From NCBI GenBank assembly GCA_047602405.1, contig JASGHJ010000001.1, forward strand, positions 2,144,001 through 2,208,000: a stretch of DNA of 64,000 nucleotides, written 5' to 3'. Source of the DNA: Anaeromyxobacteraceae bacterium (GTDB lineage Bacteria > Myxococcota > Myxococcia > Myxococcales > Anaeromyxobacteraceae). Under the pieces are notes generated by a model. It was not told the DNA's origin. It did not search any database and saw nothing but the letters and a program-made list of their open reading frames with translations. The translations under genes and the position numbers were made by a program. Of this stretch, positions 10,460-23,944 are shown piece after piece (position 1 is the stretch's first letter; every line of letters begins with the position of its first letter).

Positions 10460-13210
10460 TCAGGGCTGGGTGGGCGTCGGGTTCGGGGGCGGCGGCTGCG
10501 GCTGCGGGACCGGCTGCGGCGCCAGCTGCTGGGGGGCCGCCTCGGGCGGCGGGGTCGCGGGCGCGGGGGCCGCGGGCGGCGGCGCCGCGTCGGGCGGGGC
10601 CGGGGGCGACGACGGGCGCTCCGGGAGCGGCGCCTCGCCGGGGGGCCTCGCGAGCCCCTCGCCGGGCCGGCCGCGGCCGCCGTTCTCGAGCTTGTTCTGC
10701 TCGTCGGCCACGGCGGCGCGCACGAGCGAGTACGGTCCGGCCTTCTTCGACCAGTCGATGTCCACCTCGTAGCGGGCCTGGCGTCCGTAGAACTGCTCGA
10801 CGAACTCCTGCTGCTCCTTGCGCTTGCGCTCGTAGATCTTCCGGTAGTCCTCCTCGCCGCGGATGATGTACGGCGTGAGGAAGAGGAGGAGGTTGGTCTT
10901 CGTCTTCGTGGTCACCTCGTCGCGGAAGAGCCAGCCCAGGATCGGGATCGAGCCGAGGAGGGGGACCTTCCTGACGCTGCGAACGGCCCGCTCCTGGATG
11001 AGCCCGCCGATGACGATGGTGCTCTGATCCTTCGCGACCACCTGGGTCTTCATCGAGCGCTTCGAGGTGGTCGGGCCGAGCTGGGCGTCGTTCGAGGCGA
11101 TCTCCTCCACCTGCTCGTCGATCTGGAGCCGGACCGTGCCGCCCTCCGAGATCTGCGGCTTGATCTTCACGCGCAGCTCGACGTTCTGGCGCTGGATCGA
11201 GGCGATGTTGGAGGTGAGGCCGGAGCCGAGGAGGTTCCCCAGGCCGGAGCTGGCGGCGGAGCTGGAGGAGTTCCCGAGGAGCGAGGCGAGGTTGTTCGGC
11301 ACGTAGCCCGACTGGAAGGGCACGTTCTGGCCGACGCCCATCTCCGTCTCCTCGTTGTCGGTCGCCAGCAGGTGCGGCGTCGACAGCACGTTCACGTCGG
11401 AGCTCGACTGCATCGCCTGCACGAGGAGGCCGAGCGAGGGCAGGTTGAGGCCGAGCGCCTTCGCCTCCGCGGAGACCGGGCCCTGGAAGCCGGTGAGGAA
11501 GCCGCCCAGCGACGCGACGCTCGCGATGTTGAACGAGCTGAACCGCGCCGAGGCCGCGTCGACGATGGGCAGCACGCCGGACTTGCCGCCGATGGTCAGC
11601 GGCACGAGGCCGTGCGCCGAGACGCCGTACTGATCCTCGTTCTTGAGGTTGACCTCCATGATGACCGCCTCGACGAAGACCTGCCGGCGCGGCCGGTCGA
11701 GCTTCTGGATGAGGCGGCTCATGGCGACGAAGTCCGCGCCGCTCGCCTGGATGAGGAGGGCGTTCTGGGTCTTGTCGGCGGTGACCTTCACCTCGCCGCT
11801 GAAGAGCTCCGCGGTGACGTCGCCGACCGGGCGCGCGGTGTTGGCGGGCTGCGCGGCCGGGTTCGGGTTCGGGAAGCCGGCCATCTGCGGGACGGGCGCG
11901 CCGGGGGCGTTCGACTTCGGCTTCGTGCCCGAGGCGAGGTTGGAGAGGGTCTGCGCCATCTCCTCCGCGTTCGCGTTGCGGAGGAACACGACGTGGATGC
12001 CGCCCTCGGCGGTGGTCGGCACGTCGAGCTGGTCGATGAGCTCCTGGATGCGCTGGAAGCTCTTCTCGTCGGCGATGACGATGAGCTTGTTGGTGCGGTC
12101 GTCGGAGAGGACCTTCGAGATGGAGACCTGGGTCGGGCCGCCGCCGAGCCCGGGCGGGGCGACCTGGCCGGGCGCGGGCGCCGGGGCGCCGGAGACGACC
12201 GTGCGCCGGCCGCCGCGGCCGCCGGGCGTGCCGCCCTGGGCCTGGAAGATCTGGTTCACCTTGTCGGCGACGTCCTTCGCGGAGGCGTAGCGGATCTGGA
12301 CGATCCGCACCGCGTCGCCGGCGCCCGCCCGGTCGACCGTCTCGATGAGCTTCTCGATGCGCCGGAGGTTCACCCCGATGTCGGTGACGATGAGGAGGTC
12401 GGGCGGGAGCGACTGGACGTCGGCGCCCTGCGGGGAGGTGAAGTTGCCGAGGATGCCGCGGAGCTGGTCGGAGTCGGCGTAGGAGAGCCGGAAGATCTTC
12501 GTGACCGGCTGCTCGGTGCCGGGCGTGCCGTCCTCGCCGTCGAGCATGGGGATCGGCGTCTTCCGCGCGTCGGCGGCGCGGACGAGCTTGTAGTACCGGC
12601 CGGTCGGGTAGAGCGCGATGTTGTTGGAGGCGAGCGCGGCGAGGAACGCGGCGTACGCCTCGTCGACGGTCACCGGCGTGGTGGAGAGGAGGGTGATCTT
12701 CCCGCGCGCGATGTCGTCCGTGTAGATGAAGTTCCGGCAGGTGTACCGGCTCATGAGCTGCAGCACGGCCACGATGTCGGTCGGCTTGTCGAAGTCGAGC
12801 GAGACCCTCCCGGTCGTGGGCGTGCAGCGCGCGTCGAGCGGCTTCATCGTCTGCGTGCCGCCGGCCGGCGCCTGCGTCGGGCGCGCGGCGGGGCTCGCCG
12901 GACGGGCCGAGGGCGTCGGCGTCGCGCCGGGCGGGGTCGGCGCCGGTGCGGGCGGCGGGGCCCGGAGCGGCTGCCCGGGCGACGGGCGGGGCGCGGTCGG
13001 GACGCCGAGCCGCTGCTGCTGGCGGTCGACCTCCTCGAGCCGCTCGCGGCGGCGGCGCGCGCGCTCGGCGGCGGCGTCGGCGCCCTGCTGGGCGGTGTCG
13101 CCCTCGTCGGAGGGCGCGGCGGAGTCGGGCCGCGGGACGTCGGGCGGCGGCGGGCGCTGGGCCACCGCGAGGGTCGGGAGCAGCGCGCTGAGGAGCAGGA
13201 TCTTTCGCAT
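10460..13210 (-). CDS. gspD: T2SS secretin GspD
   Basis: Signal peptide, N domains, LDRPRRQVFVEAVIMEV, KVPLLGSIPILGWLF, NLLLFLTPYII. Confidence 0.95.
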   Translation of the reverse strand: MRKILLLSALLPTLAVAQRPPPPDVPRPDSAAPSDEGDTAQQGADAAAERARRRRERLEEVDRQQQRLGVPTAPRPSPGQPLRAPPPAPAPTPPGATPTPSARPASPAARPTQAPAGGTQTMKPLDARCTPTTGRVSLDFDKPTDIVAVLQLMSRYTCRNFIYTDDIARGKITLLSTTPVTVDEAYAAFLAALASNNIALYPTGRYYKLVRAADARKTPIPMLDGEDGTPGTEQPVTKIFRLSYADSDQLRGILGNFTSPQGADVQSLPPDLLIVTDIGVNLRRIEKLIETVDRAGAGDAVRIVQIRYASAKDVADKVNQIFQAQGGTPGGRGGRRTVVSGAPAPAPGQVAPPGLGGGPTQVSISKVLSDDRTNKLIVIADEKSFQRIQELIDQLDVPTTAEGGIHVVFLRNANAEEMAQTLSNLASGTKPKSNAPGAPVPQMAGFPNPNPAAQPANTARPVGDVTAELFSGEVKVTADKTQNALLIQASGADFVAMSRLIQKLDRPRRQVFVEAVIMEVNLKNEDQYGVSAHGLVPLTIGGKSGVLPIVDAASARFSSFNIASVASLGGFLTGFQGPVSAEAKALGLNLPSLGLLVQAMQSSSDVNVLSTPHLLATDNEETEMGVGQNVPFQSGYVPNNLASLLGNSSSSAASSGLGNLLGSGLTSNIASIQRQNVELRVKIKPQISEGGTVRLQIDEQVEEIASNDAQLGPTTSKRSMKTQVVAKDQSTIVIGGLIQERAVRSVRKVPLLGSIPILGWLFRDEVTTKTKTNLLLFLTPYIIRGEEDYRKIYERKRKEQQEFVEQFYGRQARYEVDIDWSKKAGPYSLVRAAVADEQNKLENGGRGRPGEGLARPPGEAPLPERPSSPPAPPDAAPPPAAPAPATPPPEAAPQQLAPQPVPQPQPPPPNPTPTQP

Positions 13211-13253
13211 GGCGTGGGATCGGGGCCGCGGGGGAGCGGAGCTTCCCCCCGGG

Positions 13254-14219
13254 TCACGGGGTGATGGAGTACTCCTTCTTGATGACCTGGCCGGCGCGCT
13301 CGAGCTCGATGGAGACCTGCTGCGACTCCTTGAGCTTCGAGTAGAGCTCGAGCCCCTTCTCGGGCGAGTTGATCTCGTAGCCGTTGATGCGCTGGATGAC
13401 GTCGCCGTTCTCGACGCCGATCGCGGAGTAGAGCGAGCCGGGCTGGATCGAGAAGAGCTTGAAGCCGTTCGACTGGCCGTTCTTGAACGACGGCACGATG
13501 CGCGCCTGGGTGGCGATCTTGTTGAGGTCGGAGAGGGTCGTGTCGATGACCTTCCGCTCGATCTCGTACTTGTTCGGGCCCACGGTGCGGACGCCGGCGA
13601 GCTGCTCGCCGCCGCCGGGGCGCGGGGGCGGGACCGGCGAGACGCCGACGTTCCCGGCGGACGCGAGCTCGGCGCCGCCGCCGCCGAGCTCGACGTACTC
13701 CTTCGTGCCCGCGTTGCAGAGGACCGCGACGACCTTCCAGCCCTTCACGTTGTTCTCGTCGGCGTCGCGCACGCGCACGAGCTCGAGCAGCTTCGCCCCG
13801 CCGAACTCCTCGCCGACCCGCACCGCGCGCGTCTCGCCGGCGTCGGTCATGGACGCCATCGAGCTCCGCGGGCTGTCGGAGACGACGGCGGCGACGAGCT
13901 GGAGCCGCAGGCTCGAGCGGGCGGGCTCGGCGAGCGGGTCGTCGCAGTTGCGCGGCGAGGGCGGCGGCGCGTCGACCGCGGCCGCGACGGCGGGCGGCTT
14001 CTGGCCGATGAGCTTGTAGAGCCGGTCGGTCTCGAGCGACACCGGCACGCTGACCCGGGCCGGCTGCGCGGGCCGCGCGGCGGAGGCCTCGGCGCCGGGC
14101 CGCGGGCGGATCGCGATGCCGGCGATCGTGTTCACGGTCCGTGCGAGGAGCCAGGCCGCCGCGAACAGGAGCACGAGGTTCGCGGTCCAGGCGTATTTGC
14201 GGAAGAAGAGGTCGAGCAT
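13254..14219 (-). CDS. gspC: T2SS protein GspC with PDZ domain
   Basis: N-terminal TM; ARIVPSFKNG..GFKLFSIQPGSLY..IG...GDVI..ING (PDZ). Confidence 0.92.
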   Translation of the reverse strand: MLDLFFRKYAWTANLVLLFAAAWLLARTVNTIAGIAIRPRPGAEASAARPAQPARVSVPVSLETDRLYKLIGQKPPAVAAAVDAPPPSPRNCDDPLAEPARSSLRLQLVAAVVSDSPRSSMASMTDAGETRAVRVGEEFGGAKLLELVRVRDADENNVKGWKVVAVLCNAGTKEYVELGGGGAELASAGNVGVSPVPPPRPGGGEQLAGVRTVGPNKYEIERKVIDTTLSDLNKIATQARIVPSFKNGQSNGFKLFSIQPGSLYSAIGVENGDVIQRINGYEINSPEKGLELYSKLKESQQVSIELERAGQVIKKEYSITP

Positions 14220-14241
14220 GGATGCCCCGGGGCCTCACCTG

Positions 14242-14257
14242 AGCAACCGACGTGCCA
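14242..14257 (-). promoter_or_regulatory. sigma-54 (-24/-12) promoter of the gsp operon
   Basis: Minus strand TGGCAC-GTCGG-TTGCT, a perfect consensus just upstream of the gspC ATG. Confidence 0.85.
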
Positions 14258-14341
14258 CCGCCGGGCTCCGGGTTCGGCATTCAACCGTTCGAGGATACTC
14301 GCGAATTCCGCCGGAGAGGGGCCTCGATCCCACGCCCGGGC

Positions 14342-14394
14342 TGCCATTCTGGCAAAGCCGCCGCCCGCCCGCGCGGTCTCCCGCCATTTTGGCA
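14342..14394. promoter_or_regulatory. putative enhancer (two bEBP sites)
   Basis: TGCCA-TTC-TGGCA (14342-14354) and CGCCA-TTT-TGGCA (14382-14394), 40 bp apart and ~85-140 bp upstream of the -24 box. Confidence 0.6.
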
Positions 14395-14426
14395 GGAGGC
14401 CGCGGCCGGCGGGGCCGACATCGGCG

Positions 14427-15890
<1,464 letters not shown>

Positions 15891-15911
15891 GGGGACAGTC
15901 TACTGTCTTGC

Positions 15912-15974
15912 CGGGGGGCTCGGCGCCCCCCGCCCCGGCCAGCGAAGCTGGACCGGGGCCCCACCCCGGCAGCA
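15912..15974. repeat. double-hairpin dispersed repeat, copy B
   Basis: CGGGGGGC-tcggc-GCCCCCCG, CCCCGGCCAGC-gaa-GCTGG(a)CCGGGG, CCCCACCCCGGCAGCA. Confidence 0.75.
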
Positions 15975-15984
15975 ACGCGCCGGA

Positions 15985-16152
15985 TCAGCGCGCGGGCGGG
16001 GCGGGTGAGGCCTGGGCGGCCGGGGCCGGTTGCCCCAGCCCGAGCGCGGCGCGGAGCTCGTCCCCGAAGATCGCGACCGCCCCCGCCGCCGCGATCACGA
16101 GGAACGCGGTGACGAGGGCGTATTCGACGAGGAGGCGCCGCTGGCGCTCCAC
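15985..16152 (-). CDS. small Flp-pilin-like membrane protein (55 aa)
   Basis: GGAGG RBS plus GTG; MERQRRLLVEYALVTAFLVIAAAGAVAIFGDELRAALGLGQPAPAAQASPAPPAR has an EY followed by a hydrophobic helix. Not in the ORF track. Confidence 0.65.
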   Translation of the reverse strand: MERQRRLLVEYALVTAFLVIAAAGAVAIFGDELRAALGLGQPAPAAQASPAPPAR

Positions 16153-16170
16153 GGCCGGACCTCCTGGCTG

Positions 16171-16545
16171 CTACTCGGCGGGCTTCGCCTCGGGCGCGGC
16201 GGCCTCGGCGGCGGCCGGGGCGGCGTCGGCCTTCTTGGCGGACTTGCCGGACTTGGCGCGCTTCGCGGCCCGGTTCTCCTTCGGGGCCTCGGCCTTCTTC
16301 GCGGCGGGCTCGGCCTTCTTCGGCTCGGGCTTCGCGGGCGCGGCGGGCGACGCGGCGTAGCGCGTCTTGAACTTCTCGATGCGGCCGGCGGTGTCCATGA
16401 TCTTCTGCTTGCCCGTGAAGAACGGGTGGCAGTTCGAGCAGATCTCGATGTGGAAGTCGCCGCGCACCGAGCGGGTGACGATCTCGTTGCCGCAGGCGCA
16501 GAGGACCTTCGCCGCCTTGTAGTCCGGGTGGATGCCTTCCCTCAT
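16171..16545 (-). CDS. rpmE: 50S ribosomal protein L31 (Zn-binding type) with Ala/Lys/Pro tail
   Basis: [32 protein letters not shown]. Confidence 0.97.
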   Translation of the reverse strand: MREGIHPDYKAAKVLCACGNEIVTRSVRGDFHIEICSNCHPFFTGKQKIMDTAGRIEKFKTRYAASPAAPAKPEPKKAEPAAKKAEAPKENRAAKRAKSGKSAKKADAAPAAAEAAAPEAKPAE

Positions 16546-16619
16546 GACGTCTTCTCTTCTCTCTGGCCGCTTGCACCCTCGCGAAGGCGAGCGTGGTCCG
16601 GGCCCGTTTGGGATCGGGG

Positions 16620-16648
16620 GATCTAGTCGGAACGGGGGCTTACGTCAA
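16620..16648 (-). promoter_or_regulatory. putative sigma-70 promoter of rpmE
   Basis: Minus strand TTGACG-N17-TAGATC. Confidence 0.45.
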
Positions 16649-16666
16649 CCCCGACGTGCCCCAAGC

Positions 16667-17980
16667 CTACTTCCCGCCGCCCACCATCATCTTGAAGAAC
16701 TCCTCGTGGTTCTTCACCTGCCGGAACTTGTCGAGGATGAACTTCATGGCCTCCACGTTGTCGAGGCCGTTCAGGATGGTCTGGCGCAGGATGTAGATCT
16801 TCGACAGCCAGTCCGCCTGGAGGAGCAGCTCCTCCTTGCGCGTGCCGCTCTTCCCGATGTCCATGCAGGGGAAGATGCGCTTCTCCATCAGCTTGCGGTC
16901 GAGGACGATCTCGGAGTTGCCGGTGCCCTTGAACTCCTCGAAGATCACCTCGTCCATGCGGCTGCCGGTGTCGACGAGCGCGGTGCCGATGATGGTGAGC
17001 GAGCCGCCCTCCTCGATGTTGCGCGCCGCGCCGAAGAAGCGCTTCGGCTTGTGGAGGGCGTTCGAGTCGACGCCGCCGGAGAGGATCTTGCCCGAGGGCG
17101 GGACGGTCGAGTTGTAGGCGCGTGCGAGGCGGGTGATCGAGTCGAGGAGGATGACGACGTCCTTCTTGTGCTCGACGAGGCGCCGCGCCTTCTCGATCAC
17201 CATCTCGGCGACCTGCACGTGCCGGGTGGCGGGCTCGTCGAAGGTCGAGGCGACGACCTCGCCCTTCACCGTCCGCTCCATGTCGGTGACCTCCTCCGGC
17301 CGCTCGTCGATGAGCAGGACGATGAGGGTCACCTCCGGGTGGTTCTGGACGATCGCGTGCGCCATGTTCTGCAGCAGCACGGTCTTGCCCGCGCGCGGCG
17401 GGGAGACGATGAGGCAGCGCTGGCCCTTGCCGATCGGGGAGAAGAGGTCGACGACCCGGGTCGTCATCTCGTTCGGATCGTGCTCGAGCGTGAGGCGCCG
17501 CGTCGGGTAGAGCGGCGTGAGGTTGTCGAAGAGGACCTTCGACTGGCTCTCCTCGGGCGGCTCGCCGTTGATCGAGTCGACCTTGAGCAGCGCGAAGTAC
17601 CGCTCGCCCTCCTTCGGCTGGCGGACCGTGCCGCGGATGGTGTCGCCGGTGCGGAGGTTGAAGCGCCGGATCTGCGAGGGCGAGACGTAGATGTCGTCGG
17701 GCCCGGGCAGGTAGCTGAAGTCGGGGCTGCGCAGGAAGCCGAAGCCGTCGGGGAGCACCTCGAGCGTGCCCTCGCCGCCGACCTCCATCTCCTCCTTCGC
17801 CTCGTCGGCCACCTTCGACTGCGCCTGGAGGATCGCGAAGATGAGGTCCTGCTTCTTGAGCGCGCCGGCGTTCTCGATCGAGAGGGTGCGGGCGAGCGCG
17901 GCGAGCTCGGCGACCTTCATGTGCTTCAGGTCGGTGTGGCTCGACGGAGGGGTCGCGGGTGTCGGGGCGGCTGCGGGCAT
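16667..17980 (-). CDS. rho: transcription termination factor Rho
   Basis: [43 protein letters not shown]; start uncertain (ATG 17980 chosen). Confidence 0.97.
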   Translation of the reverse strand: MPAAAPTPATPPSSHTDLKHMKVAELAALARTLSIENAGALKKQDLIFAILQAQSKVADEAKEEMEVGGEGTLEVLPDGFGFLRSPDFSYLPGPDDIYVSPSQIRRFNLRTGDTIRGTVRQPKEGERYFALLKVDSINGEPPEESQSKVLFDNLTPLYPTRRLTLEHDPNEMTTRVVDLFSPIGKGQRCLIVSPPRAGKTVLLQNMAHAIVQNHPEVTLIVLLIDERPEEVTDMERTVKGEVVASTFDEPATRHVQVAEMVIEKARRLVEHKKDVVILLDSITRLARAYNSTVPPSGKILSGGVDSNALHKPKRFFGAARNIEEGGSLTIIGTALVDTGSRMDEVIFEEFKGTGNSEIVLDRKLMEKRIFPCMDIGKSGTRKEELLLQADWLSKIYILRQTILNGLDNVEAMKFILDKFRQVKNHEEFFKMMVGGGK

Positions 17981-18234
17981 GTCGGTGCTCGGCGGAGAGG
18001 CGGCCCGGCCGGATGGGTGCGCGGGCACGCGCAGGGACGAGGACGGCAGTGCAGCCTCGAGACCGAAGCTGCGGAGAGATCACGAAAACTAAGCGGTGCG
18101 CACGGAGGTGTCAACGAAGGACCCGCCCAAACGGAGCGTGTACCGGACCGTGCCATGAACACGGGTCAGCCCCCGGGAGCCGTCCGGAGTGCCTGGAGCG
18201 CTAACATCGGCTCGGAGGCAAAACCGGAAGTTTC

Positions 18235-19799
18235 ATGCCCGAACCTCATGTCGACGCGGTGCTCGCGGGCACCAAGGGCTTCGCCCTCGCACTCTTCGTC
18301 CCGCTGACGGAGCGGGTCGGCATCCGCCCGCGCGTCGCGACCGACGCCACCCAGGCGCTCACGCTCCTCGAGTCTCCGAAGGGGCTCGTCGTCGTCGAGA
18401 TCGAGGGCGAGGGGACGGTGCGTTCCATCCGCGAGCTCCTCGCCACGCGGAAGGACTTCACGGTGGTCGCGGCCGTGCCGGACGCGCAGGCCGGGACGGA
18501 GCAGGCGCTGCGCGCCCTGGGCGTCGAGCTCGCCCGCTGGGACGGCTCGCCGGCCGCCGTGCTCGGCGCGGTGAGCCGCCGCCTCGGCACGAACGGCTCC
18601 TCCGTGGCGCCGCCGCCTCCCGCGCCGCCGCCGCCGGTCGCCGCCGCCCCCGTCGCGCCGGCCAGCGCGGTCGCCGCGCCGCGCGCGCCGGTCGCCGCGC
18701 CGCCGCCCGCGGTCCCGTCCGCGCCGGCCCCCGCTCCCGCCGCCGCGTACTTCGGCGACCTGAAGGCCACGAAGCCCGCGCCGCCGCCGCCGCTCGAGCT
18801 CGAGGACGAGGCGGAGGACGTCGTCTCCATCGAGGATCTCGGCGTCGAGGAGGACCTCGGCCCCGACGCAGCGGCCGCGCCCGCCGTGGCCGCCGCTCCC
18901 GCTCCCGCTCCCGCCGCGGCGCAGCCGCCGGCCGCCGGCCAGTCCGCCGCGTGGCCCGCGGGGGGCCTCACCAGCGCCGAGGCGCAGAAGCAGCTCGGGG
19001 AGGGGCTCGCAGGCCGCCTCCCATCCGACGCGAAGCTCCGCCCGACGCTCGAAACGGTCCTGTCGAACCTGTCCGCGCTCGAGGCGAACGTGCTCACCGG
19101 CCAGCCGGTCGCGGTGAAGCCGGAGCCGCTCCGCCGCGCCGCCGTCATGCGCCTGCGCGTCGCGCACGCGCTCGCCGGCCGGCCGCCGCCCGGGAGCCCG
19201 GTCGATCAGGCCGCGCTCTCGACGATGCTGGGCGAGATCGACGCCCTGCTCTCCGACGTGAACGCGCTCCTCCCCGAGGCGCCCGACGACGTGGTGCCCT
19301 CCCTCGAGGCCGTGCGGAACGCCCTCGTGAAGGAGGCCATCGACTTCTCGGAGGCCGCGCAGGACTCGGCCCCGGCGCAGCCCGTCGGCCCGGATCCCGC
19401 CGCGCACGAGCAGGCCCGCACCGCGGCGCGCGCCGCGCGCGCCCGGCTCATCAGCGTGTCGAAGGAGCCCGTGGAGCCGGAGCACCCGCGCCGGTTCTGG
19501 GTGATGGTCGCCCTGCTCGTGATCGGCGCGCTCGGGGCGGGTGGGTTCCACGCGTGGCGCTACACGCAGCGGCAGCAGGCCGTCGCCGCGGTCGCGACCG
19601 TCCCCGGGCAGCCGGCGGGCATGTACCTCGTGCCCGGGCCGCCCGGCGACCCGAAGGTCTTCATCCCGTACCCCGGCGCGAAGCTCGACCCCGTCGAGGT
19701 CGCGCGCTTCAAGACGGACCAGCAGGCGAAGGGCCTCGTGGTGGAGGAGCTCAAGGGTGGAGCCCTCCGGATCCGCGAGCCGCAGCAAGGGAGAACGAG

Positions 19800-19803
<4 letters not shown>
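18235..19803 (+). CDS. hypothetical membrane protein (degenerate receiver-like N-terminus, Pro/Ala linker, C-terminal TM)
   Basis: Long ORF with GC3-biased codons; TM FWVMVALLVIGALGAGGF; stop overlaps the pilin ATG. Confidence 0.7.
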
Positions 19804-22542
<2,739 letters not shown>

Positions 22543-22547
22543 CGCCC

Positions 22548-22823
22548 GTGGCGACGATCCGCGTGCACCTCGTCGTCTCCGGCCGCGTGCAGGGCGTGTA
22601 CTACCGGCAGTCGACCGCCGACGAGGCCCGCCGGCTCGGCGTCGCGGGCTGGGTGCGGAACCTGCCCGACGGCCGGGTGGAGGCCGAGGCGGAGGGCGAG
22701 CGCGCCGCGGTCGACGCGCTCGTCGCCTGGTGCCGGAGGGGCCCGCCGGCCGCACACGTGGACGAGGTCGAGGTCACCCCGGTCGCCGCGAGCGGGGCGG
22801 CGGGGTTCTCGGTCAGGAGGTAG
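22548..22823 (+). CDS. acyP: acylphosphatase
   Basis: [32 protein letters not shown]. Confidence 0.95.
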   Translation: MATIRVHLVVSGRVQGVYYRQSTADEARRLGVAGWVRNLPDGRVEAEAEGERAAVDALVAWCRRGPPAAHVDEVEVTPVAASGAAGFSVRR

Positions 22824-22837
22824 GGAGGGGACGGGGG

Positions 22838-22921
22838 CGGAGACGGAGGCGGAGGCGGAATCGGAGACGGATTCGGAGACGGATTCGGAGACGGATTCGG
22901 AGGCGGATTCGGAGTCGGACT
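22838..22921. repeat. 12-bp tandem repeat (CGGAGACGGATT consensus) x7
   Basis: Three exact units at 22862-22897, flanked by four degenerate units. Confidence 0.9.
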
Positions 22922-22936
22922 GCTCGTGATCCCCGC

Positions 22937-23160
22937 CGGGGGAGAGGGACTCGGAGTGAATGGGCCCGACGGCGGGTGAGGGGGCCGTCACCCGTCTGAA
23001 GTGGCCGTCACCGGCCTCCTTCCGGCTGTGGGCTGCGTCTGCTTTGGACGGCGCACGTTTCCTGCCGGGCCACCGCTCGCGTTCGCTCGGTCCCGGGGCC
23101 CGTCATGAAACCTGCGCCGGAAGGGGGCAGACGCAGCCCACAGCCGAAAGGAGCCTTCCG
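22937..23160 (+). ncRNA. conserved structured leader, copy 1 (rod-like hairpin 23013-23155 covering the RBS)
   Basis: Homologous to the reverse complement of 23945-24169; 27-bp outer stem (23016-23042 with 23127-23153, one mismatch) plus an inner stem. An RNA function is inferred. Confidence 0.6.
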
Positions 23161-23511
23161 ATGTCTTCCATCCCCTCCACCTTCGTCGCGTACGACGTCG
23201 CGCTCACCGTCATCGCCTCTCTCCGCGACCTTCGCGGCGCGCTCGCGCGGCGGGACGCGTCGCTCGCCGATCAGCTCTCCCGCGCGGCGTCGTCCATCCC
23301 GCTCAACCTCGCGGAGGGCAACCGCCGCGTGGGCAAGGATCGCCTTCACTCGTTCCGCATCGCCGCCGGCAGCGCGGACGAGGTCCGGGCGGCGCTCCAC
23401 GTGGCGCTCGCGTGGGGCTACGTCTCCTCCGCCGACGCGGAGCCTGCCCTCCGCGCCTGCGATCGCCTCCTCGGCATGCTCTGGCGCCTCACGGCGCCGC
23501 GGGCGGCGTAG
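23161..23511 (+). CDS. four helix bundle protein (23S rRNA IVP/Avd-like family), copy 1
   Basis: LADQLSRAASSIPLNLAEG, F.IA.GSA.EV, GY, L..L motifs; AAAGGAG RBS. Confidence 0.9.
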   Translation: MSSIPSTFVAYDVALTVIASLRDLRGALARRDASLADQLSRAASSIPLNLAEGNRRVGKDRLHSFRIAAGSADEVRAALHVALAWGYVSSADAEPALRACDRLLGMLWRLTAPRAA

Positions 23512-23518
23512 GCGCCTC

Positions 23519-23547
23519 CCGGGCGGGGCCGGCGTGGCCCCGCCCGG
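23519..23547. terminator. GC hairpin between the convergent four-helix-bundle genes
   Basis: CCGGGCGGGGCC-ggcgt-GGCCCCGCCCGG; no U-tract. Confidence 0.5.
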
Positions 23548-23554
23548 CGACGCA

Positions 23555-23944
23555 TCACCGCGTCAGCCCGCGGAGCAGCCGCTGCACGCGATCCGCGGGC
23601 GCGAGCGCCGGCTGCACGGCCTCGCGGGCCAGGTACCCGAGCGCTTCTGCGACGTCGAGGCACGCCTGGACCTCGGCGGCCGACCCGAGCGCGACGCGGA
23701 AGAGGTGCGGGCGGTCCTTCCCGACGCGGCGGTTGCCCTCGGCGACGTTCAGCGGAACGGAGGTGACCGCACGGCGGAGCTGGTCTGCGAGCGAGGGATC
23801 GTGGCGGGCGACGAGCGGGATGACGGAACGCACGGCTCTCGCGAGCTGGATGGCGACCGCGTAGGCGTGGAAGGTGGGGGTGGGGGAGGTGGTACGGGGG
23901 CTGGGGGAGGCGGTACGGGGGGTGGGGAAGGTGGGGGAAGACAT
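23555..23944 (-). CDS. four helix bundle protein, copy 2
   Basis: LADQLRRAVTSVPLNVAEGNRRVGKDR, FRVALGSAAEV; 56/104 identical to the copy 1 core by manual alignment. Confidence 0.9.
   Translation of the reverse strand: MSSPTFPTPRTASPSPRTTSPTPTFHAYAVAIQLARAVRSVIPLVARHDPSLADQLRRAVTSVPLNVAEGNRRVGKDRPHLFRVALGSAAEVQACLDVAEALGYLAREAVQPALAPADRVQRLLRGLTR

Noticed and set aside
18140..18156. TGGCAC on the minus strand upstream of rho as a sigma-54 promoter
   Set aside because: The -12 position reads GGTA, not TTGC.
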